Origin: Escherichia phage EcSzw-2
Sequence record: MH791400.1
Reading direction: 5' to 3' (one strand)
DNA: 64,000 nt
Below the pieces are notes generated by a model. It worked only from the letters and a program-made list of their open reading frames with translations. It was not told the DNA's origin and made no database searches. Shown in pieces: positions 43,592 to 51,849 of this stretch; the stretch's first letter is position 1; each line of letters starts with the position of its first letter. A program made the translations under genes and the position numbers.

Positions 43592-43924
43592 CTATTTGTT
43601 TAAATCCACCGATACTGAAGCGATAACATAGATACCTTCTTCAGCAAAGAATTGAGGGCTGCTAAGAGCACCTGTTGCCACGCATTTATCGTTGGCATCC
43701 CATAGGCTATAGTGTGAGACCGTTGCAGAAGCTGGTACAGTAATATTGACTGTATCTTCTGAGGCAATTAAGCCGTTGTTCGGTTCAGAGAAATAAATAG
43801 CCACTGGCTGAGTAACCTTATTTGCTGTAGGGTCTGCCGTTGGGTCTACATTGTGTAAAACAATAGTCGTTGGGGTTAGCGTGGCGAGGATTTTATTCTT
43901 ACCATCAATAGTTAATGTTCCCAT
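43592..43924 (-). CDS. hypothetical protein (110 aa)
   Basis: ORF track. Confidence 0.4.
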   Translation of the reverse strand: MGTLTIDGKNKILATLTPTTIVLHNVDPTADPTANKVTQPVAIYFSEPNNGLIASEDTVNITVPASATVSHYSLWDANDKCVATGALSSPQFFAEEGIYVIASVSVDLNK

Positions 43925-44424
43925 TAATTGAACCTTACTTTCTGTTTAAGGACTGTTGAATGGTTACCAGATTCATCCACCACATTTACAATCATATCAT
44001 ATACTTTACCTTTGACAAGTACTTTGTAATCATTTTGTGAAAAAATGTACTCAAGTCTGTTAGACTCTTTGTTTACTGTCATTGGAGATTGAAATGCTGT
44101 GTCAATGGTAATGAACGCAGCTTCAACGCTATTAACGTTTATACGTTTATTCTCACAGTTATATAACTTTACACCCAAAAGGCATGAACTGTCAAATGGA
44201 ATTTTAACAATTTCGCTACAATTGTTTGAAATAAACGAATTTCCATTCATTGGAGCATCAAGTAACCTGCAAATAGTGAAAACGTTAGAGGTTCCACCAT
44301 CACTTACATAACCTGAAAGGCTGACCCTTGAGCCAGCCTCTACAGATAACGTATCAGTAATAAACAGAACACCTCTATACGAATGCACTCGTGTAGCATT
44401 TGAAATAGAGATAACTTCAGCCAT
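43924..44424 (-). CDS. hypothetical protein (166 aa)
   Basis: ORF track. Confidence 0.4.
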   Translation of the reverse strand: MAEVISISNATRVHSYRGVLFITDTLSVEAGSRVSLSGYVSDGGTSNVFTICRLLDAPMNGNSFISNNCSEIVKIPFDSSCLLGVKLYNCENKRINVNSVEAAFITIDTAFQSPMTVNKESNRLEYIFSQNDYKVLVKGKVYDMIVNVVDESGNHSTVLKQKVRFN

Positions 44425-45899
44425 TATTTATTTGCCTTATTCGCTGTACTTGGGTCTTTTGCTGAAGGGGTCTTCGCAGTTCCCTCTCCGGCAGTCTTAT
44501 AACCATCACCTGAACGACTTTGAGTGTTAGGAGATAGTTCTTCAGACACAGGTTGAGACTCATCAGCAGGTGGTAAGCCAATGTGTTCTCTAAGCTTGTT
44601 AGACAGTTCCTTATCAACTTCCATAGCACCAACTGCGACGGTCTTCTGAATATAAGCACCGATAGCTTCAAGGTCTGGTGTTTCAATGTCGTCATAAACG
44701 ATTTGAACGTGTTCTTCATCATCCCACATATTCAGAGCGTAAGTCTGTGCTACTAGGTCACGGTTAATTACGTTCTTAATTTGTTTCAGAAGAATATCTA
44801 CAGACATTGCAAGTAAACTTGTCTTAGAATCTGCTAAAGAGAATGAACCATATTTTGACTGACCCATTGCAAGAACATCCGACATAAACGCCATCATAAT
44901 CTGCTTAGAATAACGGTCAATGATAGCTCCGGTGTCATAAGCCTTTGCACCCTGTCTAGATACTAATGAGAACTCAAAGATATCCTCTTTAGTTTCTGGG
45001 TCGATGAATCTAGGCCAGATTAAACCTGCTCGGTCATTTGCAATCATATCATTAACTACAGATTTGCAGTATTCTACGAAAGCTTTCTTTTCAGGTTCAG
45101 CATTCTCATCCAGATAATCAGGTGGTAAACCAATCTTTGGCATACCTACTAAGTCTCTGGAAACACCAACTGCTTCGTACTCTTCAATTTGTACTTTATA
45201 TTTCCAAGGCACATAAGCATTAAGTAATGGTGAACGACCTTCTGGGTTACCGTACTCATCATCATATTTGAACAGCAAGAATTTACTTCTTGGAAGTTTT
45301 CTTGTTAGTGGCTGTTCAGCCAGATTAATAGCTCCAGCAATGTGTGAAACGTTTCTCAGATTCTGTCTAACACCTGTTACTTTTCGATAGTCTGAATCAA
45401 AATACCATTTATCAAGAGTTGACTGGTTTCTGATAGGGAGTTTAGCCCAACCAATTAAACCGTCATTATATCTTGAAGGGTATTTCCCTTTATTACCCTG
45501 ACGCTTCTTGTAAACTTTCTCATTCACGCAGAATCCGTAAGTACAGAATGACATTACAGAGTTAATAAAGTCAGCCCAATCATGCTCCATGTCATCCATC
45601 AGAGAGTTAAAGAAGTCTGCTCGTTCAATCATCTTAGGGTCTTGTTCTTTCCCCTTCGGAGGAACAAATCTCCAATTGACTTTTCTAACAAACATCTTAA
45701 TAATGTTTACAGATGCCGCTACAGCAGGGTCACGCATCATCAGTTGGAAAGTCTTAATACTTTCTGGGAATCTTAAAGCTTGTCTAGGTTCTTCGTGGAT
45801 TCTTCCATTACGAACCTTTAAACCAAGGCTCCCAACCTCACCCATTCTGAATGGAGGTAGGCTTTCTTGTGTTTCTGTAATTTCTGCCATTCTTCTCAC
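44424..45899 (-). CDS. portal protein
   Basis: 491 aa ORF immediately downstream of large terminase; size and order typical. Confidence 0.6.
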   Translation of the reverse strand: MRRMAEITETQESLPPFRMGEVGSLGLKVRNGRIHEEPRQALRFPESIKTFQLMMRDPAVAASVNIIKMFVRKVNWRFVPPKGKEQDPKMIERADFFNSLMDDMEHDWADFINSVMSFCTYGFCVNEKVYKKRQGNKGKYPSRYNDGLIGWAKLPIRNQSTLDKWYFDSDYRKVTGVRQNLRNVSHIAGAINLAEQPLTRKLPRSKFLLFKYDDEYGNPEGRSPLLNAYVPWKYKVQIEEYEAVGVSRDLVGMPKIGLPPDYLDENAEPEKKAFVEYCKSVVNDMIANDRAGLIWPRFIDPETKEDIFEFSLVSRQGAKAYDTGAIIDRYSKQIMMAFMSDVLAMGQSKYGSFSLADSKTSLLAMSVDILLKQIKNVINRDLVAQTYALNMWDDEEHVQIVYDDIETPDLEAIGAYIQKTVAVGAMEVDKELSNKLREHIGLPPADESQPVSEELSPNTQSRSGDGYKTAGEGTAKTPSAKDPSTANKANK

Positions 45900-45907
45900 C
45901 TGAATTG

Positions 45908-47524
45908 TTAACGTCTAAGCCCCTCATAAGGATTGCTTCTCACTAAATCAGTGTGAGTACCCATAGAAGGTGGCTTGAATAGTTTTACTTCGTTGAGACT
46001 GTTGAAAGCATCGCTTGTGGCATCCACTTGGTCATCCTTGGTTTTCCCATCTCCACAAAAACCTTCCAGTTCTTGGAAATAGGCTTCGTTCCAGCTACCT
46101 CTAACGATTTTTACCAATCCTGCTTCTGAAGCAGCAGAGAAACCCGCAAAACGGGTAACTTTATCTTTATTGGTTGGTTTGGCTCTTGCACGATAACCTT
46201 TCTCGGCAAGTTTTCTGATAAGAGATGTTGCGTAGGATTTACCAGCAGCGCCTGGGTCTTGAGGAATAAAGATACCAGTACGTTTGCCGTCGCTTTCAGC
46301 AGTCAAGTTAATTTGTGTCTCGACTCCAGAAGGTCTATCTCTAAATCTTACTACGTTCATGACATAATAGCAACCATCTTTTTTAGATTTAGCCATTCTA
46401 ACACCCGCTGTCCAGTCAGGGTTAGGGTTAACTTCAGAAGGTAAAGTAGCTGCTAAGTCCCATGCTCTAACGTCAAATACGTCAGGTGGAACTGAGTCAA
46501 CAATCTCACACCATTGCCTTTGCCAATAGTTAGAACCTTCTGCACGAGCTTTCCAGTTACCAAATCTCAAACGTGCAACGTTTACTGGAGTGTTGTTTTC
46601 CAGCTTACCACGATACTTCGGTTCCAAGAAGTCAAGAATTGGGTTATCATCAATCGTACCAGAGATAAAGGTATACGTCTGAGGAATCTCCAGAGGGAAC
46701 ATTTCAAGAATCTTATCTCTATCCCAATCAGATACCATCACACCATCATTCATCACATACCAACGAATACGACCACATTTCTCAGGGTCTGGGTAACCCT
46801 CTTCGTCTAAGAACGGTTCTACCCAATCATAAATGAAGTGGTCTCTGTCTGGGTTCATGGAAATCTTCATGTAAGAGTCACCTTCAGCACCAGAACGTAA
46901 ACGAGTTTGCAGGTATGAAATCTGTGACGCAGAGAAGTGTGTACCTTCGTCAAAGTAAATTGCTGAGTATTCAATACCCTGATGACCTTCAGCGTGTTTT
47001 TCAAGTTCTAAGTAGGTAAACTTGATAGTAGCCCCAGAAGGGAATACAATAGTCATCTTTTGTTCATGTGGAACACCACCGAACTTACCAAAAAGCTTCT
47101 TCGCAGCAGGCCATAAACCACCTTGTAACTGTGTCGTGTTTCGACGGAAGTATACAGCGTTGTAGTTAGGGTCTTCGATAAATCTGAGTGAATCCATCAG
47201 CAAAGCAGCAGTCTTACCAGCACCAGCCGCACCACCATATAGAACTAAGTCAGCATTTGTGTTAAGAAATACTTCCTGAGAGCCGGGTTGTGGAGCTACA
47301 TAGTTCTTATCAGTCATAAGTTTGAAGATAAGTCTTACTTGGTCTGGAGTGTATCTTAATAAAGTCAGAATCTGAGTAGGAAGGAATTTAGAGGGGTCTT
47401 TACCAAATGATTTGATAATATCTTTAACTTCATCAGAAAGCCCCAACTCTCCAGCTAGGACTTTCCTTACATCTTCCACTCGCTTCTGCTTAACAGCATT
47501 CAAATCCATTAAGCGCCTCCGCAA
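45908..47524 (-). CDS. terminase large subunit
   Basis: 538 aa; Walker A LYGGAAGAGKT; C-terminal nuclease-like acidic motifs; first gene of the late operon. Confidence 0.85.
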   Translation of the reverse strand: MRRRLMDLNAVKQKRVEDVRKVLAGELGLSDEVKDIIKSFGKDPSKFLPTQILTLLRYTPDQVRLIFKLMTDKNYVAPQPGSQEVFLNTNADLVLYGGAAGAGKTAALLMDSLRFIEDPNYNAVYFRRNTTQLQGGLWPAAKKLFGKFGGVPHEQKMTIVFPSGATIKFTYLELEKHAEGHQGIEYSAIYFDEGTHFSASQISYLQTRLRSGAEGDSYMKISMNPDRDHFIYDWVEPFLDEEGYPDPEKCGRIRWYVMNDGVMVSDWDRDKILEMFPLEIPQTYTFISGTIDDNPILDFLEPKYRGKLENNTPVNVARLRFGNWKARAEGSNYWQRQWCEIVDSVPPDVFDVRAWDLAATLPSEVNPNPDWTAGVRMAKSKKDGCYYVMNVVRFRDRPSGVETQINLTAESDGKRTGIFIPQDPGAAGKSYATSLIRKLAEKGYRARAKPTNKDKVTRFAGFSAASEAGLVKIVRGSWNEAYFQELEGFCGDGKTKDDQVDATSDAFNSLNEVKLFKPPSMGTHTDLVRSNPYEGLRR

Positions 47525-47530
47525 ATAGAA

Positions 47531-47728
47531 TTATTCAGCAGCAACTTCTGGAGACTCAACACCAAACTTCTCATCAACTGCGTTTAACAGTTCGTCCATG
47601 TTGGTTTCTTTAATGTCTTTACCAGTTGCATTAGCTAGACGGTGAGCAACACTGATAATAGTGTTCTGCAACAGTTCGGCTCTTTTGTTTGCTTCATAAA
47701 GTTCTTTATAAACATTAGTCTCGTTCAT
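47531..47728 (-). CDS. small hypothetical protein upstream of terminase (65 aa)
   Basis: ORF track; too small to assert a small-terminase role. Confidence 0.3.
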   Translation of the reverse strand: MNETNVYKELYEANKRAELLQNTIISVAHRLANATGKDIKETNMDELLNAVDEKFGVESPEVAAE

Positions 47729-47854
47729 TGTATTTCTCCAAAAATAATAAGTGAATGGTTCCCCTGAAAAAAGACGGCGCAGAGACCGTCAAGGAGAAAC
47801 CACAATGTATGCCAGAGACATACTGTATAAGCCTTCTTATAAAGTATACATCTG

Positions 47855-47916
47855 TAAAAAAGCCCTGTCTAAAAATACTCTTCGGTAGCGAAAGGAAGAA
47901 TACTCGTAGCAGGGCG
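47855..47916 (-). terminator. long structured hairpin plus U6-7 downstream of the last tRNA (end of tRNA operon)
   Basis: GCCCTG (47862-47867) pairs with CAGGGC (47910-47915) around a nested hairpin; plus A7 at 47855-47861 gives U-run on minus. Confidence 0.5.
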
Positions 47917-47950
47917 TTATTATTTTATTTTGAGAGAGAGTAAAATAATT

Positions 47951-48026
47951 TGGAGCGTCGAAAGGGAGTCGAACCCTCATAATCCTGTTTTGCAGACAGG
48001 TACATAGCCATTTCTGTCATCGACGC
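47951..48026 (-). tRNA. tRNA-Cys (anticodon GCA)
   Basis: Manual fold: acceptor GCGUCGA/UCGACGC, T-arm GAGGGUUCGACUCCC, anticodon loop CUGCAAA, U73, CCA encoded. Confidence 0.8.
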
Positions 48027-48033
48027 ATTAAAT

Positions 48034-48126
48034 TGGAGGAAGATACCAGACTTGAACTGGTACGCCGATTTCTCGGTTACTGACAGTTTAGCAAACTGTT
48101 CCCTTACCTTTTAGGGTTAATCTTCC
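48034..48126 (-). tRNA. tRNA-Ser (anticodon GCU), type II with long variable arm
   Basis: 93 nt; acceptor GGAAGAU/AUCUUCC; anticodon stem ACAGU/ACUGU with loop UUGCUAA; long extra arm; CCA encoded. Confidence 0.75.
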
Positions 48127-48128
48127 AA

Positions 48129-48863
48129 TTATTTGTTCAAGGCATCCTTCATTTCTGGAGTTGCAATTGAATCAATCACGCCAGTTTTACAAGCATCATC
48201 AAACCAGTCTGGTAAGACACCTGCAAGGAAACCATTAATATTCGTTTTCAAGTAATCAGCAATTAACGCTGCTTCATCTGCAATCATCTGAGTGACCTCA
48301 TTAGTGTATGCAGTAATCTTAGCAATGCCCTGATTAATCGCTGTAACGGCTTGTGAGGCTAAGGAAGAGATAGTGTCTAGTCCTTTGTCGATTGCGTCTT
48401 TTAAGTCGCTTAGAATGCCATTCACAGTGTCTATGGAGGTGTTAATCAAATCCATAGCTTGTTGACCGTACTCTGTAGCTACTCCCATGATTCCACTAAA
48501 CGGTGTACAACCAACTTGTTCTCCTGCTGCACCCATAACGTTAGAGTAACCTTTAGCTACCTGCATACGTGATGAGAACTCATCTACAGAAGTCTGACCG
48601 TATTGAGTCAGTGTGTTAGTTGTCGTTGTAGTGCTTCCAAGGCTCGTTGAGAAGCTACTTAACAAGGCTGTAGTCAAACCAGCAGCAATAAGTTTATCTT
48701 TTACTGTAGGGTCTGATACCGAGCTAATAGAGCTTACTAATGAAGTAGAAGCGGCAATTGTGCCACCAAGGATTGCTGCACCAGTAATAAGGGGGTTGGA
48801 AAACCCGTTACCGGATTTCAGGAGATTAAAAATCTCTTTACCTTGTTCTGTCATCTCTTTCAT
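48129..48863 (-). CDS. hypothetical Ser/Thr-rich protein (244 aa) embedded in tRNA array
   Basis: ORF track; stop at 48129-48131 abuts tRNA-Ser 5' end. Confidence 0.45.
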   Translation of the reverse strand: MKEMTEQGKEIFNLLKSGNGFSNPLITGAAILGGTIAASTSLVSSISSVSDPTVKDKLIAAGLTTALLSSFSTSLGSTTTTTNTLTQYGQTSVDEFSSRMQVAKGYSNVMGAAGEQVGCTPFSGIMGVATEYGQQAMDLINTSIDTVNGILSDLKDAIDKGLDTISSLASQAVTAINQGIAKITAYTNEVTQMIADEAALIADYLKTNINGFLAGVLPDWFDDACKTGVIDSIATPEMKDALNK

Positions 48864-48880
48864 TAAGCACCTTTTGAAAT

Positions 48881-48956
48881 TGGCGGGTTAGTGGGATTTG
48901 AACCCTCTTCTCATGTTTTTCAGACACGCGCTTTAACCATATAAGCTACTTAACCC
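48881..48956 (-). tRNA. tRNA-Phe (anticodon GAA)
   Basis: Acceptor GGGUUAA/CUAACCC (one mismatch), T-loop UUCAAAU, anticodon loop CUGAAAA. Confidence 0.75.
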
Positions 48957-48964
48957 ATTAAATT

Positions 48965-49041
48965 TGGGGTGACCTACGGGAATCGAACCCGTATAGACCA
49001 TGTTCACAGCATGGGTCATTATCCATTTATGATAAGGCCAC
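48965..49041 (-). tRNA. tRNA-His (anticodon GUG)
   Basis: Anticodon stem CCAUG/CAUGG, loop CUGUGAA; discriminator C; T-arm ACGGGUUCGAUUCCCGU. Confidence 0.75.
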
Positions 49042-49072
49042 ATGTAAGGACTCTCGTAAGAACCCTTAGAAG

Positions 49073-49148
49073 TGGCAGCAGCGTAAGGATTTGAACCTTA
49101 ATCTTTCAGCTTCAGAGGCTGGAGCATTGCCAGTTATGCTACACTGCT
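49073..49148 (-). tRNA. tRNA-Gln (anticodon CUG)
   Basis: 76 nt; D-stem GCAU/AUGC; anticodon loop CUCUGAA; discriminator G. Confidence 0.65.
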
Positions 49149-49155
49149 ATTAATT

Positions 49156-49234
49156 TGGTACTCCATATCGGATTCGAACCGATACATAACACAGATTTTA
49201 AGTCTGGCCTCTCTGCCAATTGGAGTAATGGAGC
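49156..49234 (-). tRNA. tRNA with leucine anticodon UAA but short variable region (putative type-I tRNA-Leu)
   Basis: Acceptor GCUCCAU/AUGGAGU; 3-bp D-stem with 11-nt D-loop CAAUUGGCAGA; anticodon loop CUUAAAA; A73; no long extra arm. Confidence 0.5.
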
Positions 49235-49236
49235 AT

Positions 49237-49312
49237 TGGCGGGGGATGTTGGAATTGAACCAACTTCTTCGATTTCAAAGACCGAGGTTTTAACCTTGTA
49301 AACTAATCCCCT
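49237..49312 (-). tRNA. tRNA-Gln (anticodon UUG)
   Basis: D-stem GUUU/AAAC; anticodon stem UCGGU/AUCGA, loop CUUUGAA; T-arm GUUGGUUCAAUUCCAAC; 1-72 mismatch. Confidence 0.6.
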
Positions 49313-49320
49313 TTAAATCT

Positions 49321-49878
49321 TTACTTTCTTAGTGGATGAATAAAGAATGCCAACATAATTCTTTCCCTTGAGAATGCTCTTTCTTCTGGGACAACACTTT
49401 TAAGTTTCCATCCAACATAAATTCTCCAGTAAAACTGTTTACCAAAGACTTTAATTGATGGGATAAAAGCGAATAATCCCCAAGCATTACTATTCCACAT
49501 TAGGAGATAACCTGTCTGATTATCTTCAGGGTTAGAACTTACGTTGATATTACCTTTCCACTTAGTAACATCTTTTACATCTCTTCCCAATACATGGTAA
49601 GAGAAGTTATAAGCTTTGTTTCTCCAGAGCCATCCAACTCTCTGCATATAAACACCGAGCTTGCCAATCTTTCGAATCTTAGCCCACCGTTCAACGTGAC
49701 CTTTGTCACCGTCAATCGGGTTGTCATAAGTCTCCATCCATCTGAATCCAAAAGGCAAGTGACCTTTCTTCTCACTGTAGAATGGAACTACAAAGGGTGC
49801 TAAGATTACTGCTAAGATTGCTGCAAATGGCTCTAGCAAAGCTAGGAAAATCCATGAAGCATACTTCAAATATCTCAT
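49321..49878 (-). CDS. hypothetical membrane protein (185 aa) embedded in tRNA array
   Basis: ORF track; N-terminal hydrophobic segment IFLALLEPFAAILAVILAPFVVPF; C-terminal codons verified against sequence. Confidence 0.45.
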   Translation of the reverse strand: MRYLKYASWIFLALLEPFAAILAVILAPFVVPFYSEKKGHLPFGFRWMETYDNPIDGDKGHVERWAKIRKIGKLGVYMQRVGWLWRNKAYNFSYHVLGRDVKDVTKWKGNINVSSNPEDNQTGYLLMWNSNAWGLFAFIPSIKVFGKQFYWRIYVGWKLKSVVPEERAFSRERIMLAFFIHPLRK

Positions 49879-49897
49879 TTAAATAGCCTCTTTAAAT

Positions 49898-49974
49898 TGG
49901 TGCAGAATAAGGGATTCGAACCCCTAACAAACAACTTCGTAGGTTGCTGCTCTATCCATTTGAACTAATTCTGC
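49898..49974 (-). tRNA. tRNA-Arg (anticodon ACG)
   Basis: Acceptor GCAGAAU/AUUCUGC; anticodon stem GCAAC/GUUGU, loop CUACGAA; T-loop UUCGAAU. Confidence 0.75.
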
Positions 49975-50136
49975 AATGTTCTTTTGAGATTCCTGTCTAG
50001 CTCTCTTCTTATCTCTTCTGAGAAAGCGTCTACGATGGTCTGTACGCCACTTGTAGTAATCTTCTTCACCATCGTGAGAAGCACAGCAACCACAACTTGC
50101 AATTTCAACTTTACCGTGTCTACCATAAGGCTTCAT
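49924..50136 (-). CDS. small Cys-rich basic ORF (70 aa) whose 3' end overlaps tRNA-Arg
   Basis: AGGAGA SD 5 nt upstream of ATG at 50134-50136; CGCC...H motif; last about 17 codons overlap the tRNA on the same strand, so coding status is uncertain. Confidence 0.3.
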   Translation of the reverse strand: MKPYGRHGKVEIASCGCCASHDGEEDYYKWRTDHRRRFLRRDKKRARQESQKNIAELVQMDRAATYEVVC

Positions 50137-50152
50137 AGGAATCTCCTAAAAT

Positions 50153-50230
50153 TGGTGTTCCAAGACGGATTCGAACCGTCACTAATACAAGGTTTGAGCT
50201 TGCATCCTCTGCCAATTGGGATACTGGAAC
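50153..50230 (-). tRNA. tRNA with leucine anticodon CAA but short variable region (putative type-I tRNA-Leu)
   Basis: Acceptor GUUCCAG/UUGGAAC; D-loop CAAUUGGCAGA; anticodon stem GCAAG/CUUGU, loop CUCAAAC; A73. Confidence 0.5.
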
Positions 50231-50232
50231 AT

Positions 50233-50307
50233 TGGTACTCGCTGAAGGACTTGAACCTTCTTCACCAACTTGTAAGGATGGGGCTTTACCGTATAAACTA
50301 AGCGAGT
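50233..50307 (-). tRNA. tRNA-Val (anticodon UAC)
   Basis: Perfect acceptor ACUCGCU/AGCGAGU; anticodon loop CUUACAA; T-arm GAAGGUUCAAGUCCUUC. Confidence 0.8.
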
Positions 50308-50403
50308 ATGAAAAGAGGTCTGAAGTTGTGCCGCTAACTCAACTCCGTGGAATTTGTTACGGTCTTCAGTTGACTCAAGCGGTCTTTCACTCGACCTCTG
50401 AAT

Positions 50404-50480
50404 TGGTGCTGCTCACAGGAGTTGAACCTGCATCTCCATCCTTACAAGGGATGTGTAATAGCCAATTATACGAAAGCAGC
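50404..50480 (-). tRNA. tRNA-Thr (anticodon UGU)
   Basis: Anticodon stem CAUCC/GGAUG perfect, loop CUUGUAA; T-loop UUCAACU. Confidence 0.8.
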
Positions 50481-50486
50481 ATTATT

Positions 50487-50561
50487 TGGAGCATCCAGAG
50501 GGAATCGAACCCTCAACCTCAGTTTGGAAGACTGTAATTTTCCCGTTTAAACTATGGATGC
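50487..50561 (-). tRNA. tRNA-Gly (anticodon UCC)
   Basis: Acceptor GCAUCCA/UGGAUGC; anticodon loop CUUCCAA; T-arm GAGGGUUCGAUUCCCUC. Confidence 0.8.
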
Positions 50562-50567
50562 ACTAAT

Positions 50568-50643
50568 TGGTGGAGAAGCAGGGAATTGAACCCTGTACTT
50601 AAGTTTGCAAAACTTATGTTTTAACCATGTAAACTACATCCCC
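50568..50643 (-). tRNA. tRNA-Ala (anticodon UGC)
   Basis: D-stem GUUU/AAAC; anticodon stem UAAGU/ACUUA, loop UUUGCAA; T-arm CAGGGUUCAAUUCCCUG. Confidence 0.8.
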
Positions 50644-50649
50644 GATATT

Positions 50650-50725
50650 TGGTACAGGTGGAGGGAATTGAACCCATCGTCTTACTGATTAAGAGTCAGC
50701 CGCATAACCATTTTGCTACACCTGC
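50650..50725 (-). tRNA. tRNA-Lys (anticodon CUU), T-stem with two mismatches
   Basis: Acceptor GCAGGUG/CACCUGU; anticodon stem GCUGA/UCAGU, loop CUCUUAA; paralogous to tRNA at 52538-52613. Confidence 0.55.
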
Positions 50726-50732
50726 ATTAATT

Positions 50733-50809
50733 TGGTACACCTAGAGAGAGTCGAACTCACACTGAACAGATTCTAAGTCTGCTGCCTCTTCCAATTGGGC
50801 TATAGGTGC
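50733..50809 (-). tRNA. tRNA with leucine anticodon UAG but short variable region (putative type-I tRNA-Leu)
   Basis: Acceptor GCACCUA/UAGGUGU; D-loop CAAUUGGAAGA; anticodon stem GCAGA/UCUGU, loop CUUAGAA; A73. Confidence 0.5.
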
Positions 50810-50810
50810 A

Positions 50811-51263
50811 TTAAATCAAATGTCTTGAGAATTGACTATGACAATTTGGACACAAGAATCTTAAGTTTTCTTTTCTATCGTCTAACCAGTTTTCGTTGAT
50901 ATGGTCAACATCAAGTGTTAGTGGTTTACCTAACCATTCTGGTTGCTGTCCACACTTAGAGCATTTGTATTCAACACCAGAAGCTATTAAAGCCCTTCTA
51001 AGTTGTGTTGACCTTGCTCTTTCACCTGATTCACGAAGAATCAAGATTTCTTCAGGCTTTCTTTTTGGTAAAGTTTTAACCTTACCTGCCTTTTGTCCAA
51101 GGAAATGAGAAGTATCTAACTCAAACTTCTCTATAACACGTTTCAAGTGTGACTGAGAACCACCTGCTGGTTTTCTTCCAAGCTTGATAAGTACTTCTCT
51201 AAATGATACTGATTCTTTCACTAAAGGTTCAAGAACCTCTTTAGTCAAACTTCTACGTGTCAT
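50811..51263 (-). CDS. HNH homing endonuclease (150 aa) inside the tRNA array
   Basis: C-terminal HNH zinc motif CSKCGQQPEW...LDVDHINENWLDDRKENLRFLCPNCH; stop 50811-50813 two nt from the neighbouring tRNA. Confidence 0.7.
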   Translation of the reverse strand: MTRRSLTKEVLEPLVKESVSFREVLIKLGRKPAGGSQSHLKRVIEKFELDTSHFLGQKAGKVKTLPKRKPEEILILRESGERARSTQLRRALIASGVEYKCSKCGQQPEWLGKPLTLDVDHINENWLDDRKENLRFLCPNCHSQFSRHLI

Positions 51264-51342
51264 GTGTCAATCTCCCATTAAATCTTTGTAGAGAACTGCT
51301 AAGACGCCAAAGCAACAATGGTATCAAATGCCTTAACAATTC

Positions 51343-51366
51343 TCTAAAAAGACCTAACTGGTCTTT
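51343..51366 (-). terminator. hairpin AAAGACC-agtta-GGTCTTT with U-run on minus strand
   Basis: Perfect 7-bp inverted repeat 51348-51354 / 51360-51366, upstream of HNH gene. Confidence 0.45.
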
Positions 51367-51523
51367 GCATAGTCTTGTTTAATCCGGTGACTAGAACCTT
51401 TGGAGAGCTTGATATTATCTCTTCTCCGTGACACCTACTAGGTGCTTTACTGTGCGTGTACGACAATACACGAGGGAAACCGAACGCAACGACGAAGTAG
51501 CGCAGGTCTTAAATCTCATTAGG

Positions 51524-51611
51524 CGGTAGATAAAGGAGTCGAACCCTCACCGTATCACTACAATGGCAACAGTTTTCAAGACTGTTTGGCTTCCATTAGC
51601 CGCTATCTACC
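51524..51611 (-). tRNA. tRNA-Ser (anticodon UGA), type II
   Basis: Acceptor GGUAGAU/AUCUACC; anticodon stem ACAGU/ACUGU, loop CUUGAAA; long variable arm; only CC of CCA encoded. Confidence 0.7.
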
Positions 51612-51624
51612 CCTAATAAGACTT

Positions 51625-51707
51625 TGGCATGGGACGGAGGATTCGAACCCCTTTGAGTAAGTTTTGGAGGCTTACGCTCATGCCTTAGAGTCTTAACATC
51701 GTCCCAT
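51625..51707 (-). tRNA. atypical tRNA, probably tRNA-Trp (anticodon CCA), with about 7 extra nt between acceptor and D-stem
   Basis: Perfect acceptor AUGGGAC/GUCCCAU, T-arm AGGGGUUCGAAUCCUCC, anticodon loop CUCCAAA as in E. coli tRNA-Trp, but 5' region longer than canonical. Confidence 0.4.
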
Positions 51708-51849
51708 ACTACAATTCGAAGCTTACCGTATTATCACAACACTGTAAAGCCCCTTCTCAGATTTTTTACATGTTCTGGAAAACATGAGATACAGACCACC
51801 TCCATACAGGAAGACCCGCTAAGGTCGTCTAAGTAATCTGCTAACTATT

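Noticed and set aside
47729-47950. rRNA or large ncRNA gene between terminase and tRNA array
   Set aside because: Only a terminator-like long hairpin with U-run is evident; the region is too short and lacks any rRNA-like conserved blocks.
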